NCBI GenBank assembly: GCA_965203485.1
Contig: OZ241892.1
Location: 3,456,001-3,520,000 of the forward strand
DNA: 64,000 bases
From: Longimicrobiales bacterium
GTDB taxonomy: Bacteria; Gemmatimonadota; Gemmatimonadetes; Longimicrobiales; Gaopeijiaceae
Reading direction: 5' to 3'
A program made the translations under genes and the position numbers. Shown piece after piece: positions 58,744-64,000 of the stretch; position 1 is the first letter of the stretch, and each line of letters opens with the position of its first letter. The notes below the pieces were generated by a model. It did no database searches and was not told where the DNA came from. It saw only the letters and a list, made by a program, of their open reading frames with translations.

Positions 58744-60755
58744 GCTCAAGAGCGCACGGCCAGATTCGGCGAGGCCAAGTGATCACCACATGGGGCCCGG
58801 GCTCCCTCATCGACATGCCGAACCACGCGGCCGTGATGGGCGGACTGGAAACGTGGCCCAGCCTGGACCATCTCAAGGAGATCGTGGAACCCCGGCTCTC
58901 CCGCAAGCTGGAGGCCATGACCAACTTGCCCTTCCCCCGGCTCTATGCGCCGCCCGCCGCGGAAGGACGCAAGCCTTGGGAAACGCAACTGGGAATTGGT
59001 GCTTGGCGGTTCCCCGAGTGGTTCTTGGTGCAGGAAGATCCCTACAAGGGAAGCGGATCCGGGCCGGACAAGCGTGGAAGGCGCGGCGGATCGCGCCGCT
59101 TGGTGCACCGCAAGGCGCTGGACGAAAGAGGCCGCTTCGACGGCCGCCCAGTCGTGCCTGCGGTTCACGTGCGCGCGTGTCCCCGCGGTCACCTGGACGA
59201 CCTCGACTGGTCGGCGTTCGTGCACGCGGCGGACACGGCTGGCCCGCACGGCACGCCCAGCACGCAGGCGGGCAGCGGGGTCGGCGGCTCGTACTGCGGC
59301 CGCGCTCTGTGGCTGGACCAGACCGGGACGGCGGGCGACCTGGGCGAACTCGTGGTGCGTTGCGAATGCGGCAAGCGCCGCCGCCTGTACGAAGCGGCCG
59401 ACGTGTCGCTGAAGACCCTCGGACAGTGCACGGGCGCCCGTCCATGGCTGGGCAGGAACGCCAACGAATCGTGCGGCCACCCGGCCCGGTTGCTGGTGCG
59501 CACTGCGTCCAACGCCTATTTTCCGCAGATCGTCGCCGTCTTGTCGCTTCCCGATCCGGGCTCCGAGATTCGGCGCGCTGTCGAGTCCCTCTGGAACGAC
59601 TTGACAATCGTGGACGACGCCGCCGGTCTCGCGTTCATGAAGCGCAAGCCCGACGTAGCGGCGGCGCTGGCCCCGTTCGACGACGAGCGAGTGCTCGAGG
59701 CAATCGCGGAGAAGAAGGGGGGACGTGGAGGCGATCAGCCCGTGAAGCGGGTCGAGCTCGACGCCGTCTTGAATGTCCCGGAGGGATACGGCGACGACGT
59801 GCCCATCGATCCCAAGTTTCACGCCCGGCGCCTTCCGGACTCGGCGTGGCGGCGCGACGGACGGCTGCGCCCACCGCTCGACGAGGCTCAGCGGGATTCG
59901 CAGGGCGGGGGTCCGCACGCCGGAGCTTCCGCCGATGCACTGGCACCTGTCGCTGTCCCGCCATTCAGCTCGCCGGGAGCGGGGTCCCGCGCCGGAACTT
60001 CCGCGAGTTCGCGCATCGCGAGCGTTGTCCAGTTGCACCGCCTCCGCGAAGTGATGGCCCTGGTCGGCTTCACGCGCTTGGAGGCGACCACCCCCGACAT
60101 TCACGGCGAGTACGACTCGGACGTGGAGCCCGCCGCCTTGGCGCGGGTCCCGGAATGGTTCCCGGCGGTGGAAAACCGGGGCGAGGGCGTGTTCGTGCAG
60201 CTGGACACGGGCGCCGTTTGCGAGTGGCTCGAGCGCGACGCCGTCCAGGACCGCTTGGCCGCTCTGGAGCGGGGCCACGAAGCGTGGTGCGAAGACCGCA
60301 ATGCCACGCGCGCCTTCCCCGGTGGCCCCTACATCCTGCTCCACACTCTGTCGCACCTGCTCATTCAGTCGCTGGCGATGCGGTGCGGCTATCCCGCCAC
60401 GTCAATCCGGGAGCGCGTGTACGTGGAAGGCGACCGCTACGGCATCCTCCTCTACACAGGCAGCCCCGACGCCGACGGAACCTTGGGCGGGCTCGTCCAG
60501 CAGGCACGCCGCATCGAGGACCACCTGGACCATGCCTGCGGGGCCGCCGTCCTGTGCTCCAACGACCCCATCTGCGCCCAGCACGCCCCCGAAACCGCGC
60601 TGGAAGGCCATCTGCTCCTCGGCGCCGCCTGCCACGCCTGCGCGCTGGTCGCCGAAACCTCGTGCGAAATGCGCAACGACTACCTGGACCGCGCGCTGGT
60701 CGTGCCTGTGATCGGCCATGAAGGCGCGGCCTTCTTCCCGGCCCCGTCCTGGTGA
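58740..60755 (+). CDS. drmB: DISARM DUF1998 protein DrmB
   Basis: IRRGQVITTWGPGS, CPRGHLDD, RGEGVF, LHTLSHLL, GTLGGL, CSNDPIC...ACHAC...ETSCE; ATGA overlap with drmA. Confidence 0.92.
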   Translation: MSSRAHGQIRRGQVITTWGPGSLIDMPNHAAVMGGLETWPSLDHLKEIVEPRLSRKLEAMTNLPFPRLYAPPAAEGRKPWETQLGIGAWRFPEWFLVQEDPYKGSGSGPDKRGRRGGSRRLVHRKALDERGRFDGRPVVPAVHVRACPRGHLDDLDWSAFVHAADTAGPHGTPSTQAGSGVGGSYCGRALWLDQTGTAGDLGELVVRCECGKRRRLYEAADVSLKTLGQCTGARPWLGRNANESCGHPARLLVRTASNAYFPQIVAVLSLPDPGSEIRRAVESLWNDLTIVDDAAGLAFMKRKPDVAAALAPFDDERVLEAIAEKKGGRGGDQPVKRVELDAVLNVPEGYGDDVPIDPKFHARRLPDSAWRRDGRLRPPLDEAQRDSQGGGPHAGASADALAPVAVPPFSSPGAGSRAGTSASSRIASVVQLHRLREVMALVGFTRLEATTPDIHGEYDSDVEPAALARVPEWFPAVENRGEGVFVQLDTGAVCEWLERDAVQDRLAALERGHEAWCEDRNATRAFPGGPYILLHTLSHLLIQSLAMRCGYPATSIRERVYVEGDRYGILLYTGSPDADGTLGGLVQQARRIEDHLDHACGAAVLCSNDPICAQHAPETALEGHLLLGAACHACALVAETSCEMRNDYLDRALVVPVIGHEGAAFFPAPSW

Positions 60756-60830
60756 GGCCCGAGGCCTCGTCCCGGTTCCAGCGGCCGCCGCGGCCCTTCC
60801 GGCACCGGTTGCCTCTCGGCCGCGCACGTC

Positions 60831-61622
60831 TTGGCTGACCTGGCCCGTCTGGCTGATCTGCCGGCGCATGTTCGCCGCCGCTTGGAGGCCGCGCTGGAGT
60901 CCGGCTTGGTCACCGCGTCGTCGCCTCCGTCCGCACTGCGCGCCGCGCTGGGCTCGGAACTCGGCGCGAGTTCAGCGGATGTGGCGGCTGGCCTTCGCGA
61001 ACTCCATGCCCTCGGGATCAGCGGCCGGGTTGCCGCCGCGTGGTTGCGGACGACTGCCCAAGGCGCCGGCCGGGCCCGCGCGGCGGACTTGGTGTGGTCC
61101 GGCCCGGAGGTCGCCGGACTCCACGCCAGGGACACCCGTCGCGTCTACGAGGAGCTGATGGGCGCCGCCCAGCGATCCCTATGGGCCAGCACCTTCGCCT
61201 TCTTCGACGGCCCGCAAGCCTTCGCCGTGCTGGCCCGCCGCATGGAGGAGAGCCCCGCCTTGTCCGTGACGCTGCTGCTCAACATCCAGCGCCGTCGCGG
61301 CGACACCACCGACCCCGCCCACCTCGTCCGGCGGTTCGCCGACCGCTTCTGGAGCGCTGACTGGCCCGGCGCCGCCCGTCCCGACGTCTACTACGACGCC
61401 CGTTCGCTCGATCCCGCCGGCCCCACCAGCGTCCTCCACGCCAAGGCCGTCGTGGCCGACGACGAATCGCTCTTCGTCACCTCCGCCAACCTCACCGAGG
61501 CCGCGCTCGACCGAAACATCGAACTCGGCTTGCTGGTCCGCGACCGCGCCCTCGCGCTCAACGTCGTCGGCCACTTCCAAGGGCTGATCGACCGCGGTCT
61601 CCTGGCGCGATTGCCGGAGTGA
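60831..61622 (+). CDS. drmC: DISARM phospholipase D-like nuclease DrmC
   Basis: LVWSGP, single HKD motif LHAKAVVAD, TSANLT, NIELG. Confidence 0.9.
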   Translation: MADLARLADLPAHVRRRLEAALESGLVTASSPPSALRAALGSELGASSADVAAGLRELHALGISGRVAAAWLRTTAQGAGRARAADLVWSGPEVAGLHARDTRRVYEELMGAAQRSLWASTFAFFDGPQAFAVLARRMEESPALSVTLLLNIQRRRGDTTDPAHLVRRFADRFWSADWPGAARPDVYYDARSLDPAGPTSVLHAKAVVADDESLFVTSANLTEAALDRNIELGLLVRDRALALNVVGHFQGLIDRGLLARLPE

Positions 61623-61701
61623 CGGGCCACCTCGGGGCCACGAATGATATCATGATACTACCACCTGCCACGTCGGCGGTCGGCCGCCGTGCGTCGGCAA
61701 C

Positions 61702-63069
61702 CTACGCGCGATGCTGCCGCCGCCCCAGTAGTCGCCTGCTCATCGCGGCCAGCGCCGCAACGCCCGCCGCGTAGCCGATCTGCGGGGGAACGGCCCCGCC
61801 GATCATCTTGGACACGTTGCTTCTCGACAACGGTTTGCCGTCGACCATCCGGAACTCGAACGTATCGGGAAAGCCTTGAATCCTGGCGGCCTCGCGCGGC
61901 GTGATCGTTCTTCGCAGTTCCGGATGGATGAATCGGCCGCGTCCGGGCGTATTGAAGCCGGTTGTTATCGTGCCTGCCGGCCGGTCCCAGCGCAACCGTC
62001 CGTAAATCGATGGATACGTGTGGCCGTTCCGGTGGCAGGCGGGACGCCAGTCGTTCGGCAAGTCGAATTCGTCGTGGCTGAACAAGTAGTCGATCCTGTC
62101 GCGATTGACGTCGGACAGCTCGGCCGGCACGTCCAGGAAATCCCGTGCCTCGCGCTGGACTAGGTCGCCAATCACCCACCGCAGGTCCCGCGCCGGACGT
62201 GCAGTGGCTTCAACGGCCGCAGACAAGTCCGGTTGCTTGTCGATGGACGCAACCAAGATGTGACGCTTCCTCGTTTGCGGCAATCCGAGACGGGTCGCGT
62301 CGATGACCGCCTCGTCCACGTGGTATCCCCTGGAGGAAAACAACGCCTTTGCTTCTTCGAGTATTTGCCGGCGATCGTGTCTGATGCCGGGAACATTCTC
62401 GACGATCACCGTCTTTGCCTTCAATGCGACAGCCAGCGCCGGCATCACGACGTAGTACATGTTGCGTGGATCCGAACGCCGGCTGACGTTGTTGGACGTC
62501 GAATGACCTTCGCACGGTGGCCCGCCCAACAAGACATCCAACTTGCCGACCGCCGCCAACAGCGTTTCGTCCACAATCCTGGGTTCGCCTACGAACCGGG
62601 CTCTTCCATTGCGATAGGAATAGCCGGTTGTCACCGACGTCCAGATGTTCCTCGACGACCAGTGTCGCGGATCAAGGTTTCTCCGGTAGACGTCCAGTGC
62701 AACCGGATTGTTGTCTCCAGCCAAGACAAATCGCGGAATCATCCCGGCCGCCAGCACCGCCTCCCGAACGCCGTACGACAGACCACCAGCGCCGCAGAAC
62801 ACATCTGCAATCGTTACATGGCGCCCGTCGTCGCGAGTCGCATGTTCCACTTGTCCCCTGAGCAAGGCGTGATCGAAGCACGACTGCAACGAGGTCGTCC
62901 CCACCTCGTCGCCCAGCTCGAGTCGGGTTCGACACGACGAACGGCCGACAAGGCCACACAGGTCCAGCGTCTTGACTACCCGCGAACGAGTTTGCGAAAA
63001 CGACTCCAATACGCCGTCGTTCTTCGCGATTGCGCTCGATGCCTGTCGAGCTCCGGGCATGTTGATCAC
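61702..63069 (-). CDS. dcm: DNA cytosine-5 methyltransferase
   Basis: DVFCGAGG, GGPPCEG, ENV, QTRKR, YGRL, REAARIQGFP. Confidence 0.92.
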   Translation of the reverse strand: MINMPGARQASSAIAKNDGVLESFSQTRSRVVKTLDLCGLVGRSSCRTRLELGDEVGTTSLQSCFDHALLRGQVEHATRDDGRHVTIADVFCGAGGLSYGVREAVLAAGMIPRFVLAGDNNPVALDVYRRNLDPRHWSSRNIWTSVTTGYSYRNGRARFVGEPRIVDETLLAAVGKLDVLLGGPPCEGHSTSNNVSRRSDPRNMYYVVMPALAVALKAKTVIVENVPGIRHDRRQILEEAKALFSSRGYHVDEAVIDATRLGLPQTRKRHILVASIDKQPDLSAAVEATARPARDLRWVIGDLVQREARDFLDVPAELSDVNRDRIDYLFSHDEFDLPNDWRPACHRNGHTYPSIYGRLRWDRPAGTITTGFNTPGRGRFIHPELRRTITPREAARIQGFPDTFEFRMVDGKPLSRSNVSKMIGGAVPPQIGYAAGVAALAAMSRRLLGRRQHRA

Positions 63070-63836
63070 GCGCGCTTCAGGTCGCGGCTGTGACTCTCGA
63101 GCAACGACCGCAGCTCGCCGTCGCTCATGAACTCGAAGGCGTAGACGCTATGCAAGTGCCTCAATCGCTTGTATAGCTCCCTGATGCTACCGTCACCCGT
63201 GTTGCGAAGATAGGTCTTTTTGGTCGTCGGATCGGGATACTGAAACCTCACCAACGCACGTGCCAAGTTCCTGCACCATCCGTATCTGATCCGGATAAGT
63301 CCCGACTCGATGAAGTCGGTATGCAAGAATCTTTCTGCAAGGTGATACGCGTTCTGGGGATCGGCGTCAGGATCGTACAGCATGTCGGCTCGCAGCCACA
63401 ATATCCCGAGCCGGCACTGTCCAATGTCGTGCCTGTCAATGCCGTAGTTGGTCAGATTGGCTTCTCGTCCCTTCGGACCGCCGTGGCGCGCTTCGATGAT
63501 GTCGGCCAGCTGCTCCACCGCCAGCCATCTCCAAAAGTCCGCTGAAGCCGCAACGCTGGGCGGCAACTGGAGTTCCCTGTGGAGCATCGAACACGCCAGC
63601 CTGTCGAAGTTGAACGCATCGACCTTGCGACCGTGCTGGACGAGATTCTCACGTAGCTTGAGAATAGAAGCACACGCTCCGTCGACCACTGCAGCATCCC
63701 ATTCCGACGCGAGTTCGATCGTGCCGAAGTCCCGCGCCAGAAGCTTCCATGGGCGGCCTCGGCGCCGGTTGGTGACCGCAACCCGCGCCTTTTCGCTGGA
63801 AAGCGTCCTGACTCTACTCGAGTCATCTACCATCAT
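63066..63836 (-). CDS. Hypothetical protein (DUF6339-like) coupled to the C5 methylase
   Basis: 256 aa with AASADFWRWLA and RLGILWLRA; GTGA overlap with dcm. The family call is from memory of motifs. Confidence 0.55.
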   Translation of the reverse strand: MMVDDSSRVRTLSSEKARVAVTNRRRGRPWKLLARDFGTIELASEWDAAVVDGACASILKLRENLVQHGRKVDAFNFDRLACSMLHRELQLPPSVAASADFWRWLAVEQLADIIEARHGGPKGREANLTNYGIDRHDIGQCRLGILWLRADMLYDPDADPQNAYHLAERFLHTDFIESGLIRIRYGWCRNLARALVRFQYPDPTTKKTYLRNTGDGSIRELYKRLRHLHSVYAFEFMSDGELRSLLESHSRDLKRA

Positions 63837-63857
63837 GAACCTCGCTCAAGCCCCACG

Positions 63858-64000
63858 TCACGCGACAACGCCGATGATCTTGGCGATATGCGACCGAAGC
63901 GCCAGCAAGTCCTCCTCCTGTCCCAAAGCGCGAATATCGGCGTACGCCATGCCGCTTGCGCTCGCGAGCTTGCCATAGACCTGTCCAACCAGGGTCTCAT
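63858..64000 (-). CDS. 3' end of an upstream gene in the same operon
   Basis: The minus frame reads ETLVGQVYGKLASASGMAYADIRALGQEEDLLALRSHIAKIIGVVA*, ending 21 bp before the next start. Confidence 0.55.
   Translation of the reverse strand, partial: ETLVGQVYGKLASASGMAYADIRALGQEEDLLALRSHIAKIIGVVA

Noticed and set aside
2600..62000. Many long Arg/Pro/Ala-rich or antisense ORFs (e.g. 8556-11804, 28862-31780, 55132-58749)
   Set aside because: They are alternative frames of well-supported genes and expected from stop-codon scarcity in GC-rich DNA; they have no motifs.
61702..63069. Calling the C5 methylase drmMII (hybrid class I/II DISARM)
   Set aside because: It is on the opposite strand, coupled to other genes, and no drmE is present.

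Overview
This is a high-GC bacterial chromosome segment; gene content and repeated 6-bladed beta-propeller lipoproteins suggest Gemmatimonadota, by inference only. It has three accessory blocks on a housekeeping backbone. (1) 1-2648 is an AT-richer island edge with a PD-(D/E)XK-like protein, a Dam-family methylase and ISL3/IS5 remnants. (2) The core genes at 2664-31691 and 36198-38764 include a large NAD-glutamate dehydrogenase, pgeF, sucA, hydrolases, transporters and a heme-copper oxidase operon. Its subunit I appears to lack the canonical K-channel residues. (3) 31756-36136 holds an RloA/RloB-like pair followed closely by a stand-alone phage-type LPD38 protein, with no prophage nearby. (4) 38847-64000 holds a complete class I DISARM (drmD, drmMI, drmA, drmB, drmC) with cargo nested inside it. 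The cargo comprises a frameshifted TIR-NTPase flanked by a 7-bp direct repeat, an ABC-ATPase/DUF4276 pair, a patchwork of duplicated and IS fragments, a broken ATPase/PIN pair, and an Rpn gene with an internal start. A convergent C5-methyltransferase operon follows DISARM. I saw no tRNA, rRNA or CRISPR array. All family assignments come from motif recognition by eye, not from database searches.
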